Below, in pieces: positions 44,766-55,007 of a stretch of DNA of 64,000 nucleotides. Position 1 is the first letter of the stretch. Each line of letters opens with the position of its first letter. A program made the translations under genes and the position numbers. The notes below the pieces were generated by a model, which searched no databases, had not been told where the DNA came from, and saw only the letters and a list, made by a program, of their open reading frames with translations. This DNA comes from Hyphomonadaceae bacterium (GTDB lineage Bacteria > Pseudomonadota > Alphaproteobacteria > Caulobacterales > Hyphomonadaceae), in NCBI GenBank assembly GCA_044224605.1, contig JBGAKC010000026.1, positions 3,973 to 67,972 of the forward strand. The letters run 5' to 3'.

Positions 44766-45941
44766 ATGCCCTGGAACGACAACAAGGGCAGCGGCGGGGG
44801 CGGCCCCTGGGGCGGCGGCAACAACAATAACGGCAATGGCGAGAGCCCGTGGGGCAAGCCAACCGGCGGCGGCAACAAACCATCCGGCGGTTCGGGCGGC
44901 GGCAAGGATCGCCCTGATCTGGAAGAAACCCTGCGGCGCATGCAGGAGCGTTTCCGGCGCAAGGACGGCGGCGGTTCGGGTGGCGGCGCCGGCGGCGGCC
45001 GTGGCGGCGGCAGCCGGGGCTTTGGCGCGGCCGGCCTCGCGATCCTGCTGGCGATCGGTTTCATCGGCTGGCTGTTCACGGGAATCTACCAGGTCAACGA
45101 ACAGGAGCGCGCGGTGGTGCTGCGTCTCGGCGTGTTCGAGCGTTATGAGGGTCCGGGTTTCCATATCCGTCTGCCGAACCCGTTCGAGCGCCACATCGTC
45201 GTTCCGGTGAATACCGAGATCCGCACCGAGGTCGGCGGCGCCACGACGCCCAACCTGATGCTGACGGGCGACGAGAACATCATCGACATCGACTTCGTCA
45301 TCAACTGGCGCATCTACGAGCCGCGTGACTACCTGTTCAACGTCGTCGACACGGAAGATGGCGATCAGGATCGCCACGTACTGATCGAGCAGATCGGCGA
45401 GAGCGCCATGCGCGAGGTTGTCGGCACGTCGGCCTTCGAGCCGATCACGACCAGCGGCCGCACGACGGTGCAGACCCAGGTCAAGGCGCTGATGCAGCAG
45501 ACGCTGAATTCCTACAAGTCAGGCGTCGAGATCATCTCGATCTCGCTGCGCAAGGCCACGGCGCCGGAAGAAGTCGTCAGTGTACAGCGCGAGGTGTCCA
45601 GCGCCGAGCAGGACAAGGCCAAGCGCGAAGCCGAGGCCGTCGCTTACCGCAACAAGGTCGTTCCGGAAGCCGAAGGTAACGCCAAGCGCATCATCCAGGA
45701 GGCCGAGGGCTACAAGGCCGCATCCGTCGCCACTGCACGCGGCGAGGCGGATCGTTTCAACCTGATCTACGAACAATACCGCGCGGCGCCGCGTGTGACA
45801 CGCGAACGGATGTTCCTTGAGACGATGGAAAAGGTGATCGGGCGCACCGACCAGATCATCCTCGACAACAAGTCCGGGTCGGTTCCGATCCTTCCGCTCG
45901 ACCAGCTGCGCGGTCGCCAGCAGCCGACGCAGGGGCAATAG
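44766..45941 (+). CDS. hflK: FtsH protease modulator HflK
   Basis: MPWNDNKGSGGGGPWGGG is a Gly-rich N-terminus, followed by a TM helix and an SPFH domain. AGGAGG RBS upstream of the ATG at 44766. Confidence 0.93.
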   Translation: MPWNDNKGSGGGGPWGGGNNNNGNGESPWGKPTGGGNKPSGGSGGGKDRPDLEETLRRMQERFRRKDGGGSGGGAGGGRGGGSRGFGAAGLAILLAIGFIGWLFTGIYQVNEQERAVVLRLGVFERYEGPGFHIRLPNPFERHIVVPVNTEIRTEVGGATTPNLMLTGDENIIDIDFVINWRIYEPRDYLFNVVDTEDGDQDRHVLIEQIGESAMREVVGTSAFEPITTSGRTTVQTQVKALMQQTLNSYKSGVEIISISLRKATAPEEVVSVQREVSSAEQDKAKREAEAVAYRNKVVPEAEGNAKRIIQEAEGYKAASVATARGEADRFNLIYEQYRAAPRVTRERMFLETMEKVIGRTDQIILDNKSGSVPILPLDQLRGRQQPTQGQ

Positions 45942-45943
45942 AC

Positions 45944-46825
45944 ATGCAACGCACCCTCATCATCGCGGGCATCCTAGCCGCCGCCGCCATCGTTATCCTG
46001 GCGAACGCGTTCTACATCGTCGCGCTGGACCAGCAGGCGATCGTGCTGCGCTTCGGCCAGTATCAGTACGCCGTCAACGCGGACGGTTCGGAGCGCAAGG
46101 CGGGCCTGCACTTCAAGGCGCCGTTCGTCGAGAACGTGATCTACTACGACAAGCGCAACATGGGCTTTGATCTCGACACCGCCGAGATCCAGGCTGCCGA
46201 CCAGCAGCGTCTCAACGTCGACGCGATCGCGCGCTGGCGCATCAAGGATCCGACACAGTTCTTCCGCGCCGCGACCAGCATGGACAACGGCTTGGCGCAG
46301 CTGCGCCAGCGCTTCACTGCCGCGCTGCAAGGCGAACTCGGCAAGGTCAGTCAACCGGACATCATCTCCGGCCAGCGCGCCAGTGTGATGCAGCGGATCA
46401 AGGCGGCCCTGCAGGCCAACATGACGACGCTGGGCATCGAGATCATCGACGTCCGCATCCGCCAGGCCGATCTGCCGGAAGCCAACTCGCAGCGCGTCTA
46501 TGAGCGCATGAAGCAGCAGCTTCAGCAGAAGGTGAACCAGTACCGCGCCGAGGGCGAGGGCTTGTTCCAGTCCATCAAGGGTGAGGCCGACAAGCAGGTT
46601 GCGGTCATCACGGCCGAGGCGAACCAGAAATCGCAGGTCCTGCGCGGTGAAGGCGACTCGGAACGCAACAAGATCTACGCGTCAGCCTACAACAAGGATC
46701 CGGAGTTCTTCGCGTTCTATCGTTCGCTCGAAGCCTATGACCGCGCCATCAAGACCGGCACGCCGTTCGTGATGTCGCCCGACAGCGACTTCTTCAAATA
46801 CTTCAAGAGCGTCGACGGACGCTGA
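45944..46825 (+). CDS. hflC: FtsH protease modulator HflC
   Basis: SPFH/band-7 domain, starting 2 nt after the hflK stop. C-terminus YRSLEAY. Confidence 0.94.
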   Translation: MQRTLIIAGILAAAAIVILANAFYIVALDQQAIVLRFGQYQYAVNADGSERKAGLHFKAPFVENVIYYDKRNMGFDLDTAEIQAADQQRLNVDAIARWRIKDPTQFFRAATSMDNGLAQLRQRFTAALQGELGKVSQPDIISGQRASVMQRIKAALQANMTTLGIEIIDVRIRQADLPEANSQRVYERMKQQLQQKVNQYRAEGEGLFQSIKGEADKQVAVITAEANQKSQVLRGEGDSERNKIYASAYNKDPEFFAFYRSLEAYDRAIKTGTPFVMSPDSDFFKYFKSVDGR

Positions 46826-46853
46826 AGCGACTGACATCTGACCAGATCGGACC

Positions 46854-46887
46854 GGCCGGCAGCCATGCCGCGCCGGCCCTTCTGTTT
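46854..46887 (+). terminator. Probable rho-independent terminator after hflC
   Basis: GGCCGGC-(11-nt loop)-GCCGGCC followed by CTTCTGTTT. Confidence 0.6.
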
Positions 46888-46954
46888 CCGCCAAGCCGTT
46901 GCCGGCGCCGCATCCCGTCATTAACTTCCAGAAGCTAGCGCGAGGATACCGGCG

Positions 46955-47932
46955 ATGCCTGCAGTCCCTCCCGTCTTCACGGAAGCCGAGCTCAACCAGG
47001 CGCGGCGGCTAAACCGGCAGCTGCGCTGGGCTCCGCGCTTTCGTGCGCCGACGCCGCTCGGGCGTTTCATGATCCAGTCGATGCTTGGCGCGACTAGGAA
47101 CCTGCCGACCCATGCCGTGCGCGGCGTGCGCACCAGCACGGTGCGGATTGAATGGAAGGGACACTCTGTTCCCCTGCGCATATTGCGGCCCTCCGGGCGC
47201 GTGAAGGGCGTCTACATCGATTATCATGGCGGCGGGTGGGCTATCGGCAATGCTGCGATGGATGATCGGGTGAACGCTCTCATCGCGCGTGATTGCGGAC
47301 TTGTTGTGGCCAGCGTGGACTACACGACGCTGCCGGACATCACCTTGCCCGGCATGATCGACCAATGTCACGCGGCGGCCGATTGGGTATTCGAGCACAG
47401 CAAGGCCGTCTTTGGCGCTCGAGACATCTTCATCGGCGGCGAGTCGGCAGGCTCCCATCTTGCCGCCTGCACGCTCCAGCGGCTGCGGGACGATCGCGCA
47501 GATTTTGGCCGGATGCGCGGGGCGGTGCTGTTCTACGGACCCTATGATCTCTCGGCGACGCAGAGTGTGCGCAACGCTCCGCGTGACACGCTGGTGCTGG
47601 ATGGCCCGGCGATGACGCCAGGCATCGCCAAACTGCTGCCTGGCAGGAGCGAAGAGGAGCGCCGCGCGCCCGACGTTTCGCCGCTCTATGCGAAGATGGA
47701 TGGCCTGCCCCCGGCCCTGCTTATCTGCGGCGCGATCGATCCGCTTATCGACGACAGCCGGTTGATGGCCGAACGCTGGCGCAATGCGCAGCTGATCGTG
47801 GTTCCAGAGGCGCCGCATGCGTTCAACCGCTTCTCGACGTCGATCGCGCGCAGGACGAACGCCTTTGTGCGCAGCTGGATCAATGATCGCTTGGCTGCAA
47901 GCGCAGGTTCTGCGCGGGCGGCTGCCGAATAA
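46955..47932 (+). CDS. Alpha/beta-hydrolase fold-3 esterase/lipase (Aes/HSL-like)
   Basis: Oxyanion motif HGGGW and nucleophile elbow GESAGS. Asp/His region (DPLIDD ... PHAF). Confidence 0.87.
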   Translation: MPAVPPVFTEAELNQARRLNRQLRWAPRFRAPTPLGRFMIQSMLGATRNLPTHAVRGVRTSTVRIEWKGHSVPLRILRPSGRVKGVYIDYHGGGWAIGNAAMDDRVNALIARDCGLVVASVDYTTLPDITLPGMIDQCHAAADWVFEHSKAVFGARDIFIGGESAGSHLAACTLQRLRDDRADFGRMRGAVLFYGPYDLSATQSVRNAPRDTLVLDGPAMTPGIAKLLPGRSEEERRAPDVSPLYAKMDGLPPALLICGAIDPLIDDSRLMAERWRNAQLIVVPEAPHAFNRFSTSIARRTNAFVRSWINDRLAASAGSARAAAE

Positions 47933-47957
47933 CGCCTGTCCAGAAAGGGGGACGTAG

Positions 47958-48269
47958 ATGAAACTGCCCGGAACGAAACTGCCCGGAACGAAGCTGCCTG
48001 TCAGTCCGAGATGGCTTATTCTTGGGGTCTTCACGCTGCTGCTGGCCGCGGCCTGCGCGACGCGGCCGATGGGACCGCCGAGTTCGCCGGCCTTCTTCAA
48101 CGGCATTATCGATGGCCTGCTGGCGCCGATCTCGTTCGTGATCAGCCTGTTCTCGGACACGGTGCGAATGTACGCCTTCCCGAATGTCGGGCGCTGGTAT
48201 GATTTCGGCTTCCTGTTCGGGATCAGCGCATGGGGTGGCGGCTCGGCCGTGGCGGTGAGACGCTATTAG
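47958..48269 (+). CDS. Small membrane protein or lipoprotein (103 aa), function unknown
   Basis: AAGGGGGA RBS. N-terminus MKLPGTKLPGTKLPVS..., lipobox-like LLLAAAC and hydrophobic C-terminal segments. Confidence 0.5.
   Translation: MKLPGTKLPGTKLPVSPRWLILGVFTLLLAAACATRPMGPPSSPAFFNGIIDGLLAPISFVISLFSDTVRMYAFPNVGRWYDFGFLFGISAWGGGSAVAVRRY
47961..47998 (+). repeat. 15-bp direct tandem repeat (2.5 copies) at codons 2-14 of the ORF
   Basis: aaactgcccggaacg / aaactgcccggaacg / aagctgcc. Confidence 0.85.
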
Positions 48270-48700
48270 GGCTTCGCCTGCTCAGGCAGGCCGAGATATT
48301 CCTGCTCGGAGAGCGTGGGGAATTCCGCGATGAGCCAGCGGCCATCTTCGCTCTGACCGAGCTTGATCGCGTGGACGTCGCCGTCGACCGTTTCCCCGAC
48401 CTTGAAGACGGCGTCGCCATGGTCGAAGCGCGGACCTTCGATCTTGCCGCCATCGCGCGCCAGCTGATCGTTCACCTCGGGACGGAAGATGCTGGTGTAA
48501 GCTTCGCTGCCGGGGCCGCCTGCAAGGGCGTCCTTCACCACTTCCAGGTTGACCTGGTCGACCAGCGGCAGCATGCGCGACAGGTCGCGGGCGTTGTAGG
48601 CGTTGACGAACCGCCGTGTGACGGCGGCGGGATCCTTCATGTCCACCGGCGCCTCGCTGCAGGCGGCGAGCATCAGTGCCGCGAGAAGGGGGCCCCGCAT
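48266..48700 (-). CDS. Hypothetical lipoprotein (144 aa)
   Basis: MRGPLLAALMLAAC gives a signal plus lipobox. The start ATG shares one base with the ald stop (TGATG). Confidence 0.58.
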   Translation of the reverse strand: MRGPLLAALMLAACSEAPVDMKDPAAVTRRFVNAYNARDLSRMLPLVDQVNLEVVKDALAGGPGSEAYTSIFRPEVNDQLARDGGKIEGPRFDHGDAVFKVGETVDGDVHAIKLGQSEDGRWLIAEFPTLSEQEYLGLPEQAKP

Positions 48701-49815
48701 CAGGCCTTGAGCCACGCGGGTTTGGCGAAGGGCAGCGCGAGATCGTGCGCCACGGCTTCATGCGTGATCTTGCCATCGGCTACGTTGAGGCCGTTGGCGA
48801 GATGCTTGTCGGCCTGCAGCGCAGCCTTGGCGCCCTTGTTCGCGATGTCGAGCGCAAACGGGAGCGTCACATTGTTGAGGGCGTAGGTGGAGGTGCGCGG
48901 CACGGCGCCCGGCATGTTGGCGACGCAATAGTGCAGGATGCCGTCGACTTCGTAGATTGGATCGTCATGCGTCGTCGGGCGCGAGGTCTCGAAGCAGCCG
49001 CCCTGGTCGATCGAGATGTCCACCAGCACGGCGCCGGGCTTCATCTTCTTGAGGTGTTCGCGCGTGACCAGCTTGGGCGCGGCAGCGCCCGGGATCAGCA
49101 CGGCGCCGATGACGAGGTCGGCTTCCAGAACGGCGCGATCAATGGCGGCCTGCGTGGCATAGACCGTGTCCACCGCGCCGGCGAACTGCACGTCGAGCTC
49201 CTCGAGGCGCGGCATGGAGCGGTCGAACACCGTGACGTTGGCGCGGGCGCCGATCGCCATCTCCGCCGCGTGGACGCCCGAGACGCCGCCGCCGAGGATC
49301 ACGACGTTGGCCGGGGGCACGCCCGGCACGCCGCCGAGCAACAGGCCGCGACCGCGCTTCGTCTTCATCAGCGCATAGGCGCCGACATTGATCGACATGC
49401 GGCCGGCGACCTGGCTCATCGGTTGCAGCAACGGCAGCCGGCCGGCGGCGTTGGTGACGGTCTCGTAGGCGATGCAGATCGCGCCGCATTTCATAAGCGC
49501 TTCGGCCTGCGGTTTGTCGGCGGCGAGGTGAAGGTAGGTGAACAGCGTGTGGTGCGGCTTCAGCATCGCGCACTCGACGGGCTGCGGCTCCTTCACCTTC
49601 ACGATCATCTCGGCGGTCTCGAAGACGGCGGCGGCGGTCGGGAGGATTTTTGCGCCGACCTTCTGGTAGTCGGCGTCCGTTGCGGCGAGGCCCATGCCGG
49701 CATTCGTCTCGACCACCACCTCGTGGCCTGCGCGAACCAGTTCGCCGACGCTCTCGGGCGTGAGACCCACGCGATATTCCTGCGTCTTGATCTCCTTGGG
49801 GACGCCGATCTTCAT
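48700..49815 (-). CDS. ald: Alanine dehydrogenase
   Basis: MKIGVPKEIKTQEYRVGLTP and NAD fold VVILGGGVSGVHAA, 371 aa. The track ORF is extended upstream to 49971. Confidence 0.95.
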   Translation of the reverse strand: MKIGVPKEIKTQEYRVGLTPESVGELVRAGHEVVVETNAGMGLAATDADYQKVGAKILPTAAAVFETAEMIVKVKEPQPVECAMLKPHHTLFTYLHLAADKPQAEALMKCGAICIAYETVTNAAGRLPLLQPMSQVAGRMSINVGAYALMKTKRGRGLLLGGVPGVPPANVVILGGGVSGVHAAEMAIGARANVTVFDRSMPRLEELDVQFAGAVDTVYATQAAIDRAVLEADLVIGAVLIPGAAAPKLVTREHLKKMKPGAVLVDISIDQGGCFETSRPTTHDDPIYEVDGILHYCVANMPGAVPRTSTYALNNVTLPFALDIANKGAKAALQADKHLANGLNVADGKITHEAVAHDLALPFAKPAWLKA

Positions 49816-49945
49816 GCCTGTCTCCTGCCCATTTTGCAGAGGCTTATGCCAGAATCCGGCGCTTTCGCGCCAGAGCGTTGCGTGGAGAGTTGTGCCTATT
49901 TCGCAAAGACAGATAGGTCTTTGGAGGCAAAAAGCATCAACGAGC

Positions 49946-50881
49946 CTATGGCAGCGAGCCCAGGAACGCACGCAGGTCGCGTGCGGTTTCGTCGGGGAGC
50001 TGTTCCATCGGCAGATGGCCGCCTGCGGGATAGGTGACCAGCTTCGCGCCGGGGATCGCTGCGGCGATGGCGCGGGCGTCGTCCACCAGGATCAGTGCGT
50101 CCTTCTCGCCAGCCATCACGAGCGTCGGCATGGCGATGCGGTTGAAGTCGGCAGGCGTCCAGGGGCGTGACGGTTGCGGCTGCTGCCTCAGCAGGATGTC
50201 ACGATGGCCTACGGCCATGGCGAAGTTGGCATAGCGGTCTTCCACGTCCTTCGTGACCAGCGTTTCGTCATAATAGGCGGATTTCAGTCCGCCGGTGATG
50301 ACGAGGCGTGGGTCGATCAGCTTCATGAACCAGTGGCCGAGAGGATTGTTGAGCAGGCCGACGAAGCCAGGCGGCCCGCCGCGCTTGCCGTCTGTGCCGG
50401 GCCAGCCTGCGGCGTCGACCAGCACGAGGCCGTCAAGCCTTTCGGGATGCGCCATCGCGTAGGCGAGCGAGACGGCGCCGCCCATCGAATTGCCGCCCAG
50501 CACGAACCGCTTCGCGCCGACCTCGTTTGCGAGCGCCTCGACCAGCGCGGCGTTCTGGTCGAGTGAGGCGCGATAGCCGGGCGGGGCTTCCGTAAGGCCG
50601 TGACCGGGGAGGTCGATGGCGACGATGCGGTAGTCGGCTGACAAGCGCTGAATCCATGGCCGCCAGGCCTGAACCGAGGCGGCGAGCCCGTGCACAAGGA
50701 TCAGCGTGCGTCCGTTGGCGTTGCCTTCGTCAGTGTAGTGCACGCGCAGACCGGGCTCCGGCTCGAAAGTGTGGGACGAGGGCAGGCCGTAACGTGCGCG
50801 AAGGTCTGCATAGGGGATCTCGCGTGTCGCACAGCCGGCAAGGGCGAGGAGCGTCATCGCGATGAGCCAGAATTTCGACAT
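49946..50881 (-). CDS. Alpha/beta hydrolase (lipoprotein-type signal)
   Basis: MSKFWLIAMTLLALAGC. LILVHGLAAS ... nucleophile elbow GNSMGG ... GGHLPMEQ. The track ORF is extended to 51439 by an Arg-rich artefact. Confidence 0.87.
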   Translation of the reverse strand: MSKFWLIAMTLLALAGCATREIPYADLRARYGLPSSHTFEPEPGLRVHYTDEGNANGRTLILVHGLAASVQAWRPWIQRLSADYRIVAIDLPGHGLTEAPPGYRASLDQNAALVEALANEVGAKRFVLGGNSMGGAVSLAYAMAHPERLDGLVLVDAAGWPGTDGKRGGPPGFVGLLNNPLGHWFMKLIDPRLVITGGLKSAYYDETLVTKDVEDRYANFAMAVGHRDILLRQQPQPSRPWTPADFNRIAMPTLVMAGEKDALILVDDARAIAAAIPGAKLVTYPAGGHLPMEQLPDETARDLRAFLGSLP

Positions 50882-51037
50882 GCTACCAATCGGTCCATTT
50901 GCGCACGCGGTTCTACGCGCCGTTTTCAACCGTGGATCAATGCATCCGGCGCGGGCTGCGGCAACCCGGCGCAGAGCCGACGCCGCGGCATGCGCTAGGT
51001 TTCGGATGGTTGGCTTGCCTTGGGGGAGAGCCGGTTG

Positions 51038-51613
51038 ATGTCGAGCCATGTTGCGCCGTTGCGTGCCGTTCTTGCGGAACGGCCTGTCGTTCTGGGCCTT
51101 GCGGTCGTGCTGGCGGGGAGCTGGTTGATCGCGGCCTCGTCCTGGATTTCGACCCCGATGTTTCCCGTGCCGATGACAATGCAGACCTTTGCGATCCTGA
51201 TGGTCGCCGGGTTGGCGGGCGCGCGGCTGTCGCTGGCGATCTTGATCACCTGGCTGGCCCAGGCGGCGATCGGATTGCCCTTCCTCGCGGAGGGTGGGGG
51301 CGGGCTTGAGCCGTTTTCCGGGCCGACGGCAGGCTATCTCGGCGGCTTCGTGATGGCGGCGTTTGCGTGTGGATGGCTGACGGAACAGCCGCGCCTGCGG
51401 GGATGGTTCGCGATGACGGCGGTGTTCCTCGTCGGTCATGCGCTGATCCTGTCGGCAGGGTGGGCGCGTCTCGCCGCGATGATCGGACCGGCGGAGGCGT
51501 GGTACGGCGGTGTCGCGCCCTTCCTGCCGGGGAGCGTGCTGAAGTCGGTAATGGCGGTCGTGGTGGTGAAGCTGGCAGAGCCGCGGGTGCGGCGCGCGGC
51601 GAAAGCCGTCTAG
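51038..51613 (+). CDS. bioY: Biotin transporter BioY
   Basis: PMTMQTFAILMVAGLAG..., GLPFLAEGGGGLEPFSGPTAGYLGGF matches the BioY consensus. Confidence 0.85.
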   Translation: MSSHVAPLRAVLAERPVVLGLAVVLAGSWLIAASSWISTPMFPVPMTMQTFAILMVAGLAGARLSLAILITWLAQAAIGLPFLAEGGGGLEPFSGPTAGYLGGFVMAAFACGWLTEQPRLRGWFAMTAVFLVGHALILSAGWARLAAMIGPAEAWYGGVAPFLPGSVLKSVMAVVVVKLAEPRVRRAAKAV

Positions 51614-53313
51614 GCCGCTTCCGGTTCCGGCGCCTCTTCGTCCGGCCGGCCGATCAGACCGCGACGTTCAACTTCGCCGGCGATCCACGCTGCAATAGCC
51701 TTATTCTCAAGGCCGATTTCGGTCAGCAGGTCGGTGACGAGTTCGACGCCACGAGGTTCAGCGTGGGCGAGGTGGGCGCGGAAGCCCATGCCGGCCTGGC
51801 GCACGCGCTCCGACCCCGTCGTCACGGCGACAAAACGAGGCGGCGGCTTGGCGCCAGGCGGTAGCGTCAATTGAGGGATGGCAAGCCCGGAGGCGCCCAG
51901 CACGATGGCGCTCGCGCGCGCGGCGCCGATCGTTTCCATCAGGCGTGCATCTTTCGCATCGCCGAATACGACGGTGTAGCCATCGGAAGCCGCCATCACG
52001 AAGCGCTCGGGGTCGGATTCCACGGCGACATAGGGAATGTGGTTGTCGCGAAGGGCGTCGGCGACAAGGCGTGCTTCCGGGGTCATGCCGAAGACGAGGA
52101 CAGGGTTTTCCTCGGCGGCGTCTACGGCGTTGGAAGCGACGGATTTCGAGCGTTCAGCGATCTGCTTGGCAATGTGGAGGCCGAGCGCCGTCCAGATCGG
52201 CGCGGCGATGAGCGTCAGGGCGACCGCGGCCGTGATCACGCTCGACCAGTTTCCAGGCATCGCAATCGAGATCGACGCGATGCCGACCACGACCAGCGTA
52301 AACTCCGATCCCTGACTCAGGAGAAAGCCGAGTTGTGTCGCGCCGGGAACGCCCCAGCCGTTCAGACGAGCCGCCGCGAATACCACGACAGTTTTCACGA
52401 TCATGATCACCAGTGCGGTCGCCAGCACTGCCGGCCAGATATAGCCCATCGCCGGCACGTTCACGCCCATGCCGACGCTCATGAAGAACAGGCCGAGCAG
52501 CAGTCCGCCGAACGGCTTGATCTCGTTCTGCACCACATGGCGATAGGGTGTGTCGGACACGGCCATGCCGGCAAGAAACGCGCCCAGCGTCAGCGAGAGC
52601 TCGGCGCGGGCGGTGGCGGCGCTGGCAGCGAGCACGATGAACAGCGCAACGACGGTGAACGTCTCGCGGTTATCGGTGGCGGCGAGTGACCTGAAAAGCG
52701 GGCGGACGACGAAGCGGCCTGCAGTGATTGCAAGAGCAAGCGCAAGCACGGCCTTGCCGAGCACGATGAGCGCTTCCATGCCAAGCATGTTGGGATCGCC
52801 GCCAAGCGATGCTGCGAAGGTGAGGATGAAGATCGCCACGATATCCTGCGCGACCAGCACGGCCGTGGCGGACCGGCCCATCGGACAGCCGGGCTGGTTG
52901 CGATCGTCGAGGATGCGGGCGACGACGGCCGTCGATGACAGGGCCAGCGAGACGCCGACGAGCGCTGCAACCGGCCAGGCAAAGCCCAGCAGGTAGCCCA
53001 TCCCCGCGAAAACGCCGCCGCACAGGATGATCTGCAGCGGCGCGAGGCCGATCATGTCATCGCGCCGGGTGCGGATCTCGCGCAGCGAAAAGTGCAGGCC
53101 GATGTCGAACATCAGGAACACCACGCCGAGATCAGCGAGGAAGTGGGAGGTCTCGTTGTTCTGGACGAGGCCGAAGCCGGAGGGCCCGATCACCACCCCC
53201 GCCACGAGGTAGCCTACGATCGGGCTGAGACGGACGGCGCGGGAGGCGAGGGCGGCGGCAAGGCCCGCCCCGAGATAGATGATGGCCGGCTGAAGGGTTT
53301 CGACTGCAGTCAT
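51610..53313 (-). CDS. CPA2-family monovalent cation:proton antiporter (Kef-type) with C-terminal RCK/TrkA-N domain
   Basis: N-terminal Na+/H+ exchanger TM domain (SPIVGYLVAGVVIGPSGFGL). C-terminal Rossmann-like region (VLVFGMTPEARLVADAL). Confidence 0.9.
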   Translation of the reverse strand: MTAVETLQPAIIYLGAGLAAALASRAVRLSPIVGYLVAGVVIGPSGFGLVQNNETSHFLADLGVVFLMFDIGLHFSLREIRTRRDDMIGLAPLQIILCGGVFAGMGYLLGFAWPVAALVGVSLALSSTAVVARILDDRNQPGCPMGRSATAVLVAQDIVAIFILTFAASLGGDPNMLGMEALIVLGKAVLALALAITAGRFVVRPLFRSLAATDNRETFTVVALFIVLAASAATARAELSLTLGAFLAGMAVSDTPYRHVVQNEIKPFGGLLLGLFFMSVGMGVNVPAMGYIWPAVLATALVIMIVKTVVVFAAARLNGWGVPGATQLGFLLSQGSEFTLVVVGIASISIAMPGNWSSVITAAVALTLIAAPIWTALGLHIAKQIAERSKSVASNAVDAAEENPVLVFGMTPEARLVADALRDNHIPYVAVESDPERFVMAASDGYTVVFGDAKDARLMETIGAARASAIVLGASGLAIPQLTLPPGAKPPPRFVAVTTGSERVRQAGMGFRAHLAHAEPRGVELVTDLLTEIGLENKAIAAWIAGEVERRGLIGRPDEEAPEPEAA

Positions 53314-53486
53314 GTTCGTGTCCCTCCCCCTGCCAGGCGCCTGCTGCTGGTTCGCCGATCCCCCTTAACGGACGCCTTCCGGAACGCCTGAAAACGGAAA
53401 GAACCGCCGCGGTCGCCCGCGACGGTTCACTGTTTCCGACGGCATGGCCGTCAGGCAACCGTTATTTCAGCCCCTAGCGACTGAAA

Positions 53487-54188
53487 CTACATGGCCTTCT
53501 TGATCGAGAAGATCACGCGGTCGTCGTAGATCGACACGTTGTCGATGTCGGTGCCGACATAGCGGAGGTCGAAGCCCAGGCCGGCGGCCGTGTAAGTGCC
53601 GCCGATATTGTAGGTGGTGTACTGGTCTTCGCCGGCGAAGAAGCCGGCTGTGTCGACAGTCTGCACGCCGACTGCGCCCGAGAAGGAGAGTTCGGGGCTG
53701 ACCGTGTAGGCGCCGTTCACTTCGTAATAGACACCGTCGCCCGAGTCGCCGGTGAATTCCGGCGAGTAGTAGATGGCGCCGCCCAGGGTGAATTCCTTGG
53801 AGAGGGCGATGGACGGCTTGATGTAGCCTTCCCAGTAATCGAGCTCGGCCGCGTCATCCGACGCGCCCGGATAGAGGTAGCCGATCACGCCGACGTCGAC
53901 GTTGACGCCGCCGACGGCGAACTTGTAGCCGCCGTAGACGTCAAGTTCCATGTTGGCGCCGCCGGTGCCGAAGTTGATGTTCGAGGCCCAGGCGCCGGCA
54001 TAGAAGCCCGACGAGCCGAAGGTGGCGTCGAAACCGCCCTGGATGGCGGGGCTCTCATCCGTCTGCGACACGCCACGGAAGGCGTAGTCCGTGGCGAGGG
54101 CGACGTTGCCGGAAATGGTCACGTCCTGGGCGAAGGCGGGGGTAGCGGCCGCCGCCGCAATGGCTCCGAGAACCAGAAGATTGCGCAT
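53487..54188 (-). CDS. TorF-family putative outer-membrane porin (TIGR02001-like)
   Basis: Signal MRNLLVLGAIAAAAATPAFAQ. SGNVALATDYAFRGVSQTDESPAIQGGFD and an alternating beta-strand pattern. Confidence 0.8.
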   Translation of the reverse strand: MRNLLVLGAIAAAAATPAFAQDVTISGNVALATDYAFRGVSQTDESPAIQGGFDATFGSSGFYAGAWASNINFGTGGANMELDVYGGYKFAVGGVNVDVGVIGYLYPGASDDAAELDYWEGYIKPSIALSKEFTLGGAIYYSPEFTGDSGDGVYYEVNGAYTVSPELSFSGAVGVQTVDTAGFFAGEDQYTTYNIGGTYTAAGLGFDLRYVGTDIDNVSIYDDRVIFSIKKAM

Positions 54189-54529
54189 TAGAAAGTCCCT
54201 TTCCCCTCATGTTGAACCGACCCGCTGCACGCGGACTCAAGAGCGGACACGCTGGGGCACGCGACCGTCTTCGGCCCAAACCTTGGCGACTGGGCCGGAC
54301 ACACGCGAAGTGCTTAGACAAAAGCCGCGCACACGTGTTCGCATCCGCACAAATTCATGACAGCGTGTAGGGAAAGCGCCCGATTTTTAGGCGCCAGAGG
54401 TGCGGCAACTCGCGCAAGTGGAGAGCCGAGTGGGCCCTCATTACAGGCATTTCAGGGAAGAATCCGTCGGCGGCAGGACGATTCGGAAATCCCTGTTGCG
54501 GAAAGCCCGTGCCGGCGCCATCTGGCGGC

Positions 54530-54997
54530 ATGAATTCACCTTCAAATCCTTCAGGCCTGACACAGCTGGGCGGACAGGCGCCTCAGCCGGCATCACCTGA
54601 CCAGGCTGTGCTCGAACGCGTAGCAAATCCTCACCCAGGCACGCTCTATCTCGCGCGCTTCACGGCGCCGGAGTTCACCTCGCTCTGCCCGGTGACCGGC
54701 CAGCCCGATTTTGCGCACCTCGTGATTGATTATGCGCCGAAGGATTGGATCGTGGAGAGCAAGAGCCTGAAGCTTTATCTCACCTCTTTCCGCAATCACG
54801 GCGCCTTCCACGAAGACTGCACGATCTCGATCGGTAAGCGCCTGGTCGATACGTTGTCGCCGACATGGCTGCGTATTGCCGGCTACTGGTATCCGCGTGG
54901 CGGCATGCCCATTGACGTGTTCTGGCAGACCAGCAAGACGCCTGACGGGCTCTGGGTCCCCGATACGGGCGTTGCGCCGTACCGGGGGAGAGGATAG
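54530..54997 (+). CDS. queF: NADPH-dependent 7-cyano-7-deazaguanine (preQ0) reductase QueF, type I
   Basis: [25 protein letters not shown] and [20 protein letters not shown]. Confidence 0.93.
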   Translation: MNSPSNPSGLTQLGGQAPQPASPDQAVLERVANPHPGTLYLARFTAPEFTSLCPVTGQPDFAHLVIDYAPKDWIVESKSLKLYLTSFRNHGAFHEDCTISIGKRLVDTLSPTWLRIAGYWYPRGGMPIDVFWQTSKTPDGLWVPDTGVAPYRGRG

Positions 54998-55007
54998 GCC
55001 CGCGCAC

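Noticed and set aside
48676-50037. 453-aa ORF on the plus strand
   Set aside because: It is antisense to alanine dehydrogenase, whose identification is unambiguous.
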